A stretch of 64,000 nt of DNA from Camelus ferus. Its lineage: Eukaryota. Within the stretch, counting starts at the first letter, position 1; the number at the start of each line of letters is the position of its first letter. This document shows, in pieces, positions 25,708 to 39,400 of the stretch. The stretch is taken from the NCBI RefSeq assembly GCF_009834535.1, contig NC_045697.1:26476001-26540000 (forward strand), in the 5' to 3' direction. The position numbers and the translations under genes are program-made. The notes below the pieces were generated by a model. It saw only the letters and a program-made list of their open reading frames with translations, had not been told where the DNA came from and searched no databases.

Positions 25708-26095
25708 ATATTCATTAGGACACTTTGGATGCCACTGACAGAAAGTCATTTCAAACTAGCTTAAGCTAAAAGGGAATTTATTGACAAATATTCCTGGGAA
25801 TCTTAGGAGTGGACACTTTAACAATGCAAATCTCCATGTGAATTCAGTGTGCACGAAGTAAACTTGGCAGGCAAGATGGCTGTCGGTAGCGCTAAGCTCA
25901 CATTATCTTAGTTTAACAACCACAATAGAAAATGCCTCTTTATTTTTCTTTCCATGTGAATCACTGCAAAAGACTCTCTGTCTGACCTTGTTTGGCTTAT
26001 ATGCGCATCCTTGGCTGGAGTCATGGTCATATGCCTACTCTGTGTCCTGAAAGGTGATTTCCCCAAGGAGAAAAGGCTGTCAGACAGAAATAACA
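25708..26095 (-). mobile_element. Old MaLR LTR (MLT1J/K-like)
   Basis: ATTAGGACACTTTGGATGCCACTGACAGAAA...TCAAACTAGCTTAAGCTAAAAGGGAATTTATTG. Confidence 0.6.
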
Positions 26096-26957
26096 GGTCT
26101 ACTTCAAAAACCAAGTCAAAACCTGAGTCATCTTTATCCTCCACAGGCCTCTGACCTACCAGATTTTCAATCAGTGGATGCCAGAGGAGCAAAACAAATT
26201 TATTACTGATGAATTTATTTAATATGGACAGAGGCCAATGTAATTTATTGGAAGAAAGAGGTAAAGTGGAGGCAGAGAAGATTGAAGAGAAGTAAGAGAG
26301 TGGATATGAAAAGAATGGAAAAACACACAAAAAGTGGAAAATAAGGTGAACGTGTCTTTGCTTTGTTTTAGGTATCTGTAGAGTCCAGAAAACCCATGGT
26401 AGCTTTCTTCATGTGAGAAAGATTTTAAAAGGCATGCAAAATTATTGGTATCACTTTTAGATATCCAGTACAAAATGCCAGGGAGTTTATCCAATTCCTC
26501 TCATGACTTGGTTGTTGTTAGCTATGGCATGTCTGTTACATTGTTATATAACCATTGATGTTTTAATGGGCAATCCCAGTAGGTTTTGTGAGCATCTGCT
26601 AACTATAATCACTGGTGTTTTACATATAAAGATCCTGAAGATAATTAAATTGGAATGCCAGGATTACTTAACAATTACAAGCTAGAACTGTTAGCCAAGC
26701 CTATCACCACCAATTTCATCACCCAGTGCTACAATTCTACCATTCCTGTCAAAAGAAACACATATCAACACTGAGGATGTAACATACAAATGTCATATGT
26801 GCCCTTCTCTACCTAAATCAACCATTTTTAGCATCATATCCTACAGGAGATGGAAGACAAGGCACACACAAACACACTTTCACAAAAACAAAGCATCACT
26901 AAGAGTTGACGACTGACTTGGAGATAAAAATGTATACATCATATTGCACTATATATA

Positions 26958-27034
26958 TATATTTTTTAATTGAAGTACAATCAGTTGCAATTTGTTAATT
27001 TCTGGAGTACAGGATAATGTCCCTGTCATGTGTG

Positions 27035-27067
<33 letters not shown>

Positions 27068-28126
27068 ATACGTATGTGTGTGTGTATATATATATACACA
27101 CACACAGACACACATACACACATATTTGTTTTCTATTCTTTTTATTAAAGGTTATTACAAGATATTGAATATAGTCCCCTGTGTTATACAGAGAAATTTG
27201 TTTTTTATCTATTTTTATATATAGTGGTCAACATTTGCACATCTCAAACTCCCAAATTTATCCCTTCCGATCCTCTTTCCTCGGTAACCATAAGATTGTT
27301 TACTATGTCTGTGAGTCTGTTTCTTTTGTAGATGAATTCATTAGTGTGCTCTTTTTTCTTTTTCCTTTTTTTTTTTTTAGATTCCACATATGAGTATCAC
27401 ATGGTATTTTTCTTTCTCTTTCTGGCTTACTTCACTTAGAATGACGATCCTCAGATCCAACCATGTTGCTGCAAATGGCATTGTGCTATTCTTTTTTTTT
27501 TTTATGGCTGAGAAGTATTCCATTGTACAAATATACCACAACTTCTTTATCCAGTCATCTGTTGATGAACATTTAGGTTGTTTCCATGTTTTGGCTATTG
27601 TAAATAGTGCTGCTATGAACACTGGGATGCATATATCTTTTTGAATTAGAGTTCCCTCCAGACAGATGTCCAGGAGTGGAACTGCTGGATCATATGGTAA
27701 GAATATTTTTAGTTTTTTGGGGACTCTCCATACTGTTTTCCATAATGGCAGCACCAAACTACATTCCCACCAGCAGTGTAGGAGGTTCCCTTTTCTCTGC
27801 ACCCTCTCTAGCATTTATCTTTGTGGGCTTTTGAATGATGGCCATTCTGACAGGTGTGAGGTGATACTTCATTGTAGTTTTGATTTGCATTTCTCTGATA
27901 ATTAGTGATATTGAGCATTTTTTCACATTCCTATTGGACAATTGTATGCCTTCATTAGAGAATTGCTTGTTTAGGTCTTCTGCCCATTTTTGGATTGAGT
28001 TGTTTGTTTTTTTGTTATTAAGTTGTTTGAGCTGTTTATATATTCTGGAAAGTGAGCCTTTGTCAGTCACATCATTTGCAAACATTTTCTCCCATTCCAT
28101 AGGTTTAGGTTGTCTTTTTGTTTGCT
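26958..28126 (-). mobile_element. Young lineage-specific L1, 5'-truncated (~1.2 kb)
   Basis: ORF2 C-terminus in ORFs 27759-28175 and 27377-27814 ([26 protein letters not shown]); TSD TATTGCACTATATATA (26942-26957) vs TATTGCACAATATATA (28127-28142); (TG)n/(CA)n expansion at ~27030-27122. Confidence 0.95.
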
Positions 28127-31100
28127 TATTGCACAATATATAACATTTTACCAACTTGCCTGCCTCCTCCTCCATCTCTCTCCCCTTTCCTTCTTTTATA
28201 TCACTGATTGTTGTATCTATTTTGCTAAGGAAATCTCTTCCCCTGGAGCCTAGGCACCATCCCTTACATGCCCTGAAGCATGTCTACCGCCTAGAGGTTT
28301 ATCAAAAACATCTCAGCAAAAGTGAGACTTTAGCTACACAGATTATAGTACCTAAACCAAGGGAATACAACTTTTACAAATAATAATAATAAAGAATAAC
28401 AATATCTTACATTTACTAAGCCAACCATATGTATAGCCAGCCACAGTACCAAGTATTTTATAGGTTTATTACATTTGATTTTTAGACTATTCTTGTGATG
28501 TTGGTGTTGTTATTATCTTTGTTTCTCAGTTGCCTAAGGTCACACATTAAATGCCAGGCCTGCAATTTAAACTATAGTTTAATCTAAATCCAATGCCCTG
28601 CTTTTTGTTTTTGTTTTTTGTCCACAGCAGTGTTTTGGGGTATATTTGGTATATGTAATCTAAAAACTGACATAAGAAATCTTCATTTTTATTTGAGTTT
28701 TCCTGTGCATTTCATTTGAGTCCCTAAGATACTTTGGTTGAAGTGAATAAATGGCAAAAGACTTGATCTCTTAATGAAAAAGATAAATATGGTCGAAACA
28801 CTTTTTACATATATTAGCTCATTTAATTATCACCATAGACCTGTAAGAGAGGCATTTTTGTAGTGCATTTTACTGGGGAGTAAGTGAAAGAACTGAATCT
28901 CTGACTTCTAAACCCAAGCTTATCTTATTCTGCCACAGGAGCTAAGTTGGTTGATGTTATCCACTGAAGCTGAAAGAGAGGTAAAAAAAATTCACCTGGA
29001 GGTTGCACTCACAGATGCCTGATAAAACATCTAGAAGATTTATACATATGTCTCAGTTGGATCAAAAGAACCTAGGAGAGTAAGGACTGGAGGATGAATT
29101 AATATAAAAAAGCAACTCTCAGGAGCCATGGGGGATGGAACCACCAATTTCTATTCTTTTACCATGTTTAAAATCCTATTTTTAAATCTCATCTCTCCTG
29201 TATAATTTATGTGGGTGAGAAAGAGACATAAATTCCCTTAGAGCACCAAACTACTCTTTCAAACTCTTTCTTATATTGGGTTACTTTTCCCTCTAAGACT
29301 CTGAAGTTCGTTCTTTTTGACTGAAGAGAGAAAACCAGAAAGTTTAGAGTTGTTCAATTTCCTTTCTACTATTTATTAATATTATTTCATTGACTTCTTC
29401 CCTTTTCTTTTTTTCTTTTTCTCCAACACAACTAAAATGGTTACTATTGCTATTATAATTGCTCCAGAGCTCAGATCTGTGGGAAATACATATTTTGCGT
29501 GATCTTGTTACAACAATATAGTCAACTCTATTACTAGAGGTAAGGAGCCTTTTTTGCCCATGTCCTTTTAAAATTTTGAACACATTTTAGAGCTCCCAGA
29601 GTAACAGTACCAATTTTTTAAAGGTAACTCTAATCCTTCTTCTTTGCCTACATCATTCCTAAATAAAAATTAAGTCTCTGAAGCCTCAAAATACTTGGTA
29701 AACATCAGCCAGTTACTTGTGGCATGATAGGCAGCAGAGAATAGGATCAAATATAGGTAGCGCTCAAACTTGATTTAAGGAAAAACAGAAAATGATGGGA
29801 CAAGTAATAATGATTAGTAAAGTAAACAGTATTGCCACCCATTAGGACTCAAAAAGCCTGAGTTCAAAATCCATGATGGACATTTAGTAGCTATCTGATC
29901 TTCCTAAATTGCTAAATTTCTCTCATCCTTAGTTTGTTAATCTGTACTATAGAAATAAGTAACACCTATTTTCAAAAGTCTTTTGAGGATTAAATCAACT
30001 AATGCCTATGAGACATTTCGAACAATACCTGATACATATTACAGCACAATAAAAGAAATTAGACATTCCAACATAAATATTTGTAGTTGATTATATCAAA
30101 ATAATAGCTGAAAAGGAATCCCTACAAAGAGGGTAACTGGGTGTCACTCAACCCAAGGGGAGAGTCTTTGGGAGGTTCTCTTGGTAAGTTTGTCATTCAG
30201 TGCTAGTGTCTACATCCTGCATGTATTTAATTTACTCTCATGATCTCTGAATGTTTTATAAAGCCTTCCACTTTCTCCTGAGGCAGACACAGAAAAGTCT
30301 TATGAAGAACTGGAGCATAAAAGAGTTAGGGAGTAAATTTTCCTCAGCAACTAGAGAGTATTAAAGGACCTATTAGGATGAAGAAAAGACAAGAATAGTC
30401 GCTGTCTGAAAAACCTTCCTCTGGGTAACCTCAATTCAACCTACATGTCCACTGAGTCTCATGATCCTGGAACAGAATTATGTAAAACTCCATAGAAAGA
30501 GAATTCTTCTTTAAAGCCTCTGTAAAAAGGAGGTGAATTATTTATTCTATTTTTTCCTCGAAGCTGGCTAGCATAAAAGATGTGCTTATAATACTTCTTC
30601 TCTAGAATAAGGTCTAAGGAATTGAGTTGAAGCTCCTTCCTATCTTAAGTGTCCTGTCACAGTACTTCTCCCAGTGGTACTTTTACATTTTTTACCTGAT
30701 TATTTTATTACTGATTATGACCCTCACTCAACTAAAAGTGCCAGAAGAGCAGAAACCCAGTCTGGTTTTGTTTGCCATTTTATTCCCTATACCTTGCATG
30801 GTTGTCTTGACATATTATTGATATTCAGTAGATATTTGCAGAAATAATTAATGAACTAATAAAAAAAGAATATATAATTCTTTCTCATCTATGATCCCCC
30901 AAAGAAATTATTAGTCTGACAAGTGTGCATATCAAGGAACAAAGATTTTAACTTTGGTGTCTCATCTACACCAAAGCTAAGTTCCAGCTGCAATACTAAA
31001 AGCTAAAAATAATAATATTGAAATATTAGAATCATTATTTCATTCATCTACATACACATTCCGTAGAAGCAACTGAACTTATGACCTTGAGTTTGTATGA

Positions 31101-31699
31101 AAAACTATATATGTCAGTGAGTCAGACATGTACCCAGACTACATAAGATTTAACATAAGAAAGCTGAGGGGAAGTTTCAGGTTAATACTTTAGACATACA
31201 TAAATTTTACCACCTATAGGATAAGACCCATTCAAAGGGACAAGTAATTAGACTCCCCCACAGCAAACACCCATCACCCTGGTTGTCCTTGTTCAGCCTT
31301 TGAGCAGTTCACCTGGCCTTTCTAGATATAAAAGCCCATTTGTACACTGAGTTCACAGTGACTGCTTAGTTTTTACATAGAGATGATTGGAAAGCATGGA
31401 GTCAAGTCATTTAGGCTATTTAAAGGGTCAAAATTTTAGTACCAGAAGGAATTTTATGAATGTTCTAGTACAACTTTCTTTGCTATCTTTTTCATTTTTT
31501 CCCTTCTTCCTTCACTTTACTCTTTCTTATCCCAGAAAGGGTGAAATGATTGTCTTGTCCAATTATTCAGGGTTATGTCTAAAAGAATGGATTTAAGATG
31601 TTCAGAGAAAGAGTAATAGAGTTGTTAGTGAGTATAAAGGGTTTGTGTTAGAAGGAAATAAGCATGCATTTTAGCATAAGTTAGGAAATAAAAATGTTT

Positions 31700-33290
31700 T
31701 TAAAACAGTGCTGAAAGTTTCCATCATAAGAAGCTAAGAAAATAAAAAGCAATTTAATAAGCCCAATGAAAGCAGACTGAAAGGAACAATAAAGCTTTGG
31801 CCAGAAATTCATGAAGTAGATTATAAATGTATAAAACAAATAAAAGAAAGTCAAGTTTGATTTTCGAAAGTGATAAAATTGTGAAAAGACTGATCAAGAT
31901 AAATAGAAAAGACACTGTACTAAATCTGAAAGGAAAAAATGGGACATCAATTCTGATACCATAAATATTAAAAATAGAATATTACTTTTAAAGTTATGCC
32001 AACAAATTTGACAGCTGGGATGAAATGTTTTAGATCTTTTAAAAATTTACTAAAACTAACACAAGAAAAAGTAGGTTATCTGAATAGTCATGTACCTGTT
32101 AAAGGAATTGAATCCATAATTTACAAAAGAAAATTTTTACAAACAGAACACACCAATTGAGATTTTTTCACTAATGAATTTTTCCAAACATTTAAGGATG
32201 ATATAAAACAAAATCTTTTGCAGTCTTTCAGAAAGCAGAAAAAGAGGCAACTCTGAATGTGATACCAAACCCTAAGACCAATGTGAGAAATGATTAGTTT
32301 GATATGTCTCATAAACAAAGGTGCAAAAATTATAAGCAAATACTAACATATTAAACCTCAATTTTATCTTAGTAATAAAAGGCTAAATTAACATTTAAAA
32401 ATCAACCAAGTAATTTACCACATCAGTGAAAGAAAAGAGAAAATACTATATGATTTTCTCAATAGATTCAGAACAAGTATTTGATAGAAGTAAATATTCA
32501 GGAAGAACTAGGAATAAGAAGAAATACAAAACCAAAAGCTAACATCATATTTAATGATAAAATTTCAAAGATTCTTCCTTGAGGTCAGACACAAGAGAAG
32601 GCTGTTACTGTTGTCATTTCTGTAACATTGTACTGGAAGTCAGTGCAATAACATAAGAAAACAAAGGTATAAATATTGGAAAGAAAAATTAAACAGTCTA
32701 TTCCCAGATGAATACATCATAACTCAAAATTCTATAAAATATTTGAATTAATAAGATAAGGATGATGAATAAATGCAAAATGGCATTTCTATTTCTAAAA
32801 AGAGAATCAGAAAATGAAAATTAAACAAGTACTATTTATAAAGAACATCAAAAAATCAAAAATCAAGACATAAATCCTTAAAAAAATATGTAAAAGACTT
32901 TCATACAGAAAACTATAAGACATTACAGAGTAAAATAAAAGGACACAATTAAATGGAGAGTTGTACCTTGTTTCTGGACTGGAATACTCAACATTATTAA
33001 AATGCCTCTTGTTCTAACATGGATCATTATATTCTCACTATCAAGACCCAATATAAACTAAAACTACAGAAGGCCATTCTGTAAAAATTCATATCTTGAT
33101 TCCAAAATGTATATGAAAGTGCAAAAACCTAAAGCAGGCAAGACAATCATGAAAAACAAGTCAGAAGACAGGTATTACTAGACTTCAAGATGGACTTTAA
33201 AACTTCAGTAATTAAGACAGGGTAATATTAATATAAAAATAAACAGAAAATGCAGAACAGAGAACAGAACATAAACAGTACAGAAAAGTC
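31700..33290 (+). mobile_element. Ancient L1 ORF2 fragment, heavily decayed
   Basis: A-rich blocks TTATGCCAACAAATTTGACAGC, GAATTTTTCCAAACATTTAAGGA, TGGACTGGAATACTCAACATTATTAAAATG. Confidence 0.75.
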
Positions 33291-34624
33291 TGTACATTCT
33301 ATTGTTAAGGAAAGGTTTTACATATAATATTGTATGTGTGACCACTGATTTGCCACAAATTCAATAAGGAAGAAGTCAATTATACATTTATTGAATATAT
33401 GCTATGTACAATGTGCAGTAAATGTATAAGGAGGTTGAATAAGTCATAGTTTGTGATCTCAAGAAGTTTATATTTCAGATATATTTCAAACTATCTATGA
33501 CAACTAAGGAGTAAGATAACAAGGCAAACCAGTTTTACCTAATGAGTATCCTGGAAGACATAATAGATAATAATTCAAAAATTATGAATAATATTTTATC
33601 AACAGAAAAGCTTATCTTGCATAAGAGCACAAGCAAATAGAAATTAGGTCAGCCTTTACCTAATGTTGGTCCTGAATAATATTCAATCTAGGAGTGTATG
33701 TTTCAGAAAAAGCAATTTAGAAATCAAACACTGGAGTATGTGAACAGTGAAGATACAGGATACACTACCAAGGCTTTACAATTTAATTTGCTAAAATGAA
33801 AATATAAAGTTTACTACAATATTTATTATAGATTTTCACAATAATTTTCATTTAATAAACTGTTTTCCCTTTTTCAGACCTTAGCTTGATATGTTCTGTT
33901 TGGTGCATACTTGGGGTCACACTCCCTTCTGGGGAAGTACAATGTTGTAGGACTGAACCAGAAAAGAATAACAGATGGTATCAGTGGTATTGAAAGCTAT
34001 TTGCCAAAGTCATACATTTTATATTAGAAAGATCTAGAAGTTAAATTAATGAGTCATTATTCTGTTGTTTTAAAGTTCCCAGAGGCTGGTTTGAAATGAG
34101 TTTCCCTAAGCAGTCCCAGTGAAAATTAAATTTTACTATGACATTTTCCCCATTTCTAAATAAAAATAAATGCAGCACATCTTACTAAGCATCTTCTGAG
34201 ACCAAATCCTCTGTGATGAACACCAAAAAAGAGAGAACTATGCACCGTTGAGGTTCCAGATTTTAAAATAACCTCTTTTAATCATTTTTCTTATCTGCAA
34301 AAGAAAGCAGCATAACTACATGATCCCTAAGGTCATGTTGTTTCTAAGTTTCTTCCAACTCTTACCTCACTTTCAGTCTGTATTTATATTTCTGTGGAAG
34401 AAGAAAGAGAATAACACAAATTAAATTTTAATCAGATATGTATGATAATGTAAAGTATGAGAAGAGAAAAAGATCATTTTATTAAAGGTAAACATGGATT
34501 AAAGTTTAGACTCCAGGCAAGTCATAGAAACAGAAGTGAGCTGGATGTGAAAAAGATGAAAAAAAAATGGCTTAATTTTGTGGAGGATGTATGTTGGAGA
34601 CATCCTGAGAACTTTGGTTAAATA

Positions 34625-35048
34625 CAGGTTTCCCCTGCTCTCTGAAAGTAAAGCCATCTTATGAAACTGTTCGTAAGCTGAAACAGCATAAAGCAAAGAA
34701 GTAATTACCTTAGGACACATCTTGCTAACAGATGCACAAAATAAATTGTGATAAAGCACAGATGCTCACTGGTACAGTTCAAAGCTACGGAGTTTGATGC
34801 TGAGATGCTGAGAGTAGTTCCTGGGAAAGAAAATTGGCAGTGCCACTCTCACTGCTTAGGGTGTGTGCTGCCTCTATAACTGACAGCTGCAAAACAAACA
34901 CTCAACACTATTCTCACTTTCCACCTTTTTTCATAAAAGGGAAAATCCTCTTCGGATTTCTTCTAAGCAGTAAAAACAGATACTAATGTAAAGCTATAGT
35001 AAAAGTGAAGCAGCATAAAGCAAACTTTCAAAAAGCAGGGAATACCTG
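34625..35048. mobile_element. Tigger-derived MITE (424 bp)
   Basis: TIRs CAGGTTTCCCCTGCTCTCTGAAAGT / ACTTTCAAAAAGCAGGGAATACCTG, TA on both sides. Confidence 0.9.
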
Positions 35049-35162
35049 TAAAATAGAGTTAATTCAGGAAACACTTTAGATCTATAGCTGTGAAATTAGT
35101 CATAAAACTAATAGATAATAAATCCTTGAGAAAGAGTGTGGTATCAAGAAAGTTGTGTTTGA

Positions 35163-35790
35163 CTTATTTACAAAACAGAAACAGACTCACAGACATAGAA
35201 AACAAACTTACGGTTACCAAAGGGGAAATGCGCAGGGAGAGGGATAAATTAGGAGTTTGGGATTAGCAGATACAAACTACTATATGTAAAACAGATAAAT
35301 AACAAAGTCCTACCATATAAGGAACTATATTCAGTTATCCTGTAATAACCTTTAATGAAAAAGAATGTGAAAATGAATATATGTATATATATGCATGACT
35401 GGGACAATATGCTGTATGCCATAAATTGACACATTGCAGCAGACTATACTTCAATTTAAAAAAAAAAGTTCAAAAATAAACAAGAAATAGTGACGTGACA
35501 GAAATGACAATGCTGCAGTATCTACTGAAAATGTAATTTTTCCAATGTTAGTAACAGAACCACCCATTAAGAGAAAAGCTATTATCTTAGTCCAAGTTGG
35601 TGTTCAAATGGTTAATTATATGTTAGCTTCTTAAGGTAAAATCATATGCCAAGTGGTGTTATAGTCACAGTAAACAGACAGAGCAAGTCCAAAGCTGTCT
35701 CTGATGTAGAAAAGTGTGTATTTGTTAATTTGAGTTAAGCATGGTTAGATAGCTGTAAAAAATAAAATCCACACCCAGAAAAGAAAAAAA
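35163..35790 (+). mobile_element. 5'-truncated L1 3' end (35163-35467) plus 3'-transduced sequence (35468-~35778) and poly(A)
   Basis: Identical 17-bp TSD AAGAAAGTTGTGTTTGA at 35146-35162 and 35791-35807; internal L1 A-tail; distal AATAAA at 35761-35766. Confidence 0.9.
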
Positions 35791-35814
35791 AAGAAAGTTG
35801 TGTTTGAAAAACCA

Positions 35815-36562
35815 AGCACAGTACTCCAGAACTTATTTATCTACTATAGTTGCAAGTTTGTACCCTTAAACAACATCTCCCCAGTTCCCCACCCCTCAGC
35901 CTCTGGTGACTACTATTCTGCTATGTTTTTATGAATTTAGCTCTTTCAGATTCTACATGTAAGTAATATACAGCGTTTGTCTTTTTAAATTTATCTCACT
36001 TAGCATAATGCCCTCAAGTCTATCCATATTGTCACAAATGGCAGGATTTCCTTCTTTCTCACAGATGAATAATATTCCATTGTGCATATGTATATATATA
36101 TACATACATACACACAGTCATCATTCAGTATCCAAGGGGAATTGGCTCCAGGACCCACTACAGATACCAAAATCCACTGTACTGTAGTGCCAGAGTTGGC
36201 CCTCCTTATCAGCAGATTCCACATCCATAGATTTAACCAGTCATGGATTGTAAACATATTTATTGAAAAAAATCTAAATACAAGTGGACACTTGCAATTC
36301 AAGCCTGCATTATTTCAGGCTCAACTGTACACCACAGTATAGTGGTTACTGTTAGCAGTACTGTGTTATAAATTTCAAAGTTGCTAAGAGACTAGATCTT
36401 AATTTTTCTCACCACAAAAAAGAAATAATTATGTGACCTGAGAGAGGTGTTGGTTAACACTACAGCGGTAATCACATTGCAATATTATAAGTGTATCAAA
36501 TCAACATGTTGTACACTTTAAATTTACACAATGTTAAATGTCAATTATATCTCAATAAAAAT
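35815..36562. mobile_element. L1 (L1MA9-like) 3' end with inverted 5' segment
   Basis: 35815-~36112 antisense (CCAGAACTTATT...AATATTCCATTGTG); ~36335-36562 sense, ending TCAATTATATCTCAATAAAA. Confidence 0.85.
36115..36327. mobile_element. Tigger MITE, MER2/MER8-like, inserted in L1
   Basis: CAGTCATCATTCAGTATCCAAGGGGAATTGGCTCCAGGAC...CAAGTGGACACTTGCAATTCAAGCC...TCAACTG|TA. Confidence 0.8.
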
Positions 36563-37711
36563 AATTAAAATTTAATTTCATTTTAAAAAACAGAATTTAA
36601 TACTACTTTGAATAAATAGCAGTGCAAGGATAAGTAAATAACTGTGTTTCTCATCTTAAGCTTGGCTAGCAAGTTCTTAGACTATGTAGGGACAGTGAAG
36701 AATTTAAAGAATTGTCATAGGAGTAATATAGAGAGGATAAAAATATATTTTGCACAATAAAGTAAGAGGCAAAGAAGAGAGGGGAATTTTGTAAAAAGAG
36801 TAAGAAAAATATCAAGCAAGGACAAATCTGTTAAGTTTAAAGTGCCTGCAGATTATCTTAGTGGAGGTGTCCTGTAAGTCAAAATGGAAATTAATAAGAC
36901 ATGCAGGTTAAGACCATAGATTGAGAAGGCAGATAGGAATGAGTTCAAATCTCAAGTCTGTGCCATTCTAGCTGGGTGTCCTTGGGCAATTTTTACTATA
37001 AACATAACTGGACTACAGCTAGGGAAACTGTGTGAGAGTGACAGAGGAGACCACAGACACGAGCTGGCAGAAGGACCTAGTCTGGAGTAAGAACTGTGCA
37101 GGTCCAAAGGCCAAGCTTTTAAGGATGTACAAGGAATGAAAAAGGTACAAAAAGCAAACACATAAGACAGATGAGAGGAGCATTGAACAAGCAAAAGGAT
37201 TTGGGAGTAAATGTCTATATGGAAGCAATGGGAAGGGAAACAATCTAGAAGGAAGCTACAGGAGGGAAAATGGTATCTTCAGCTTCAGGAAGAAAAGAAC
37301 TGACTCAAAATGGCTAAAATATACCAGGAGTGTTTCAATGTAATTGTAGGAGAAGAGGCTATATAATTCTAAACTAAAATGTAACAAATGATAGAGAAAT
37401 GAAAACTAGTCTATAGTAATGATTTAAGGAGGTCAGGCCAATAGTTTTAGCTTAGAAATTTGGAAGTTTCAAGCATCTGAAACCCACCTAACATTTGTAT
37501 TGGTATCACATTGTTTTTTATATTCTATGCTTTAGAAAGTTAGTGGTACTTTAAGGTTACATAGTTTATGGCAAATATTGTATTTGATATTGTAAAATTT
37601 TGTCCTAAAGGGGATAAAAGAACAGGGAAAATGGACCATTTTCATGTGCTTACTCTATCTCTTGTATGGTAGTATCATTTACTTTAAGGCCCCATTGCCC
37701 CATGGCTAAAC

Positions 37712-37860
37712 TAAGCATGGACTCCTGAGCCAGACTGCCTGGGTTTGCATCTGGCTCTGCAACTTTCCAGGTATATGAGCTTGAAAATGTCAATGCAGTG
37801 CCTTAGTTTTCTCATCTATAAAATGGGAGTAGTAACAGTGCCTACTCTCCAGGATGTTCT
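37712..37860 (+). mobile_element. MIR SINE
   Basis: AGCCAGACTGCCTGGGTTTG...GTGCCTTAGTTTTCTCATCTATAAAATGGG. Confidence 0.75.
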
Positions 37861-38929
37861 GAATCCCCAAGCTATTTGCTCACATTAACAAATTAAATTG
37901 CTTGCAGCATAATTCTTTCTTTACCTGTACGCTAAAAAAATTTAAAAACCCACCTTTTTAAAAAATAACAAGCCTAGTAAAAAATACACATACAAGTATA
38001 TGATATACATTTTAGTACTTAACTTTTTGTGGTTTCTAATATGTATGACCAATATAACCATTGCTTTAAAATGTACCAAGTAATATAAATACATCCTATC
38101 AGGAAAAAAAAATCCTATAAATGATTTAAAACGTGCTGAGTAGTTAGAAAAGCACGTTGTACACAGAAAGCTTCCAATAAATGTTAGTTAATTTTAGATA
38201 GTTCACTTATTTCTTACAGTAATCCTTAGGCTATAAGTGTCTTTTAGCTTTTTCAATATGGCTTATTTAAAATTTTGATTCAGTGTATCATGTAAAGATA
38301 TACTTGTTTGTAGATCTGCAAATTACTCTCCCAAATTTGTCACTAATTAGTTTGTCTGAACACTGAATGAAATAAATCTAAATATACCATGATAATTACT
38401 ATAAGAACTATAATTTTGAATGACGTTAGCCCTAGTCTTCTAATACAGACTGTAAATAATGACATTAAATACAACTTAGGTTGAAATAATTACTTCAAAT
38501 GTAGACAAATATGTGATATATACATAAAATATATATACACAAATGTATATACATACCCTACTGCTCAAATAAACAAACCTTTATTTGTTCATATAATTAC
38601 AATTTTTATAACCCCAATTGCCTTGAAGGTGTATAGGTCCAGTTGATTAGAGGTCCCTTTAAAAAGGTGAGCACCTTTTAGGATTGAGCTAAGACCTCCA
38701 AGGATTAGGAAGTTGAATTCTTCCTAATAAAAGGAAGATATGGTATTTGAGTCTCTTAAAAAAAAAAGAGGGGAAGGGGAAGAGTAAATGAATAGGAGAA
38801 AAGAAAAAATAAACAAACCAGAGAGAACAAAACGCAACTGTAAAAAGTCTTTCATCCTGCAATGTGATCTTCTCCATGACCCTAATACCTTGCTAAATTC
38901 CATTTTAATTCTTGTGTTTTTAATTAAGA

Positions 38930-39400
38930 TTTGTATTAAAGCAAGCAAAATTGACTCTGGGTAATTTAGCTAGAAAAATATATTCTTGAAACAGTTTTGG
39001 TAGTTTACAGAATCTCTGAAAAGTCTGAAGAAACTGGCTCAGAAAACAGGCAGAAATAAATAGAAGTCGAACACAGAATCACAGCCATACCACACCACAG
39101 AATCCAGCCCACTTACTGCTGCTTCCACAGACCACCAAAGGCTGCTTCATGCATGTGGCTGTCACCACTGGTCCAAGGCAGTGTCCACTGGTGCTAACAC
39201 TGCTGAAAATGCAGGACCTGCAGCTGGCTGTCACCAACACCACTTGTAAAATAAATGAGTTCTTCGCTGCCTCTACCACTTTGTGCCACAGCTCATGGAC
39301 ATACACAACTGACTGGGAAAACCCATGCTTGATACTGCCCATACTTCAGCTGCCAGAAATGCTAGGAAAGCTAGTAGATGGGAATTAATCTCTTCATCAA
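38930..39400 (-). mobile_element. Old MaLR LTR (MLT1-like)
   Basis: GCAAGCAAAATTGACTCTGGGTAATTTAGC...GGTAGTTTACAGAATC...AGCTGCCAGAAATGCTAGGAAAG. Confidence 0.5.

Noticed and set aside
33878..33977. Possible exon after TTTTCCCTTTTTCAG
   Set aside because: Weak donor (G|GTATCA), no recognisable peptide, no partner exons.
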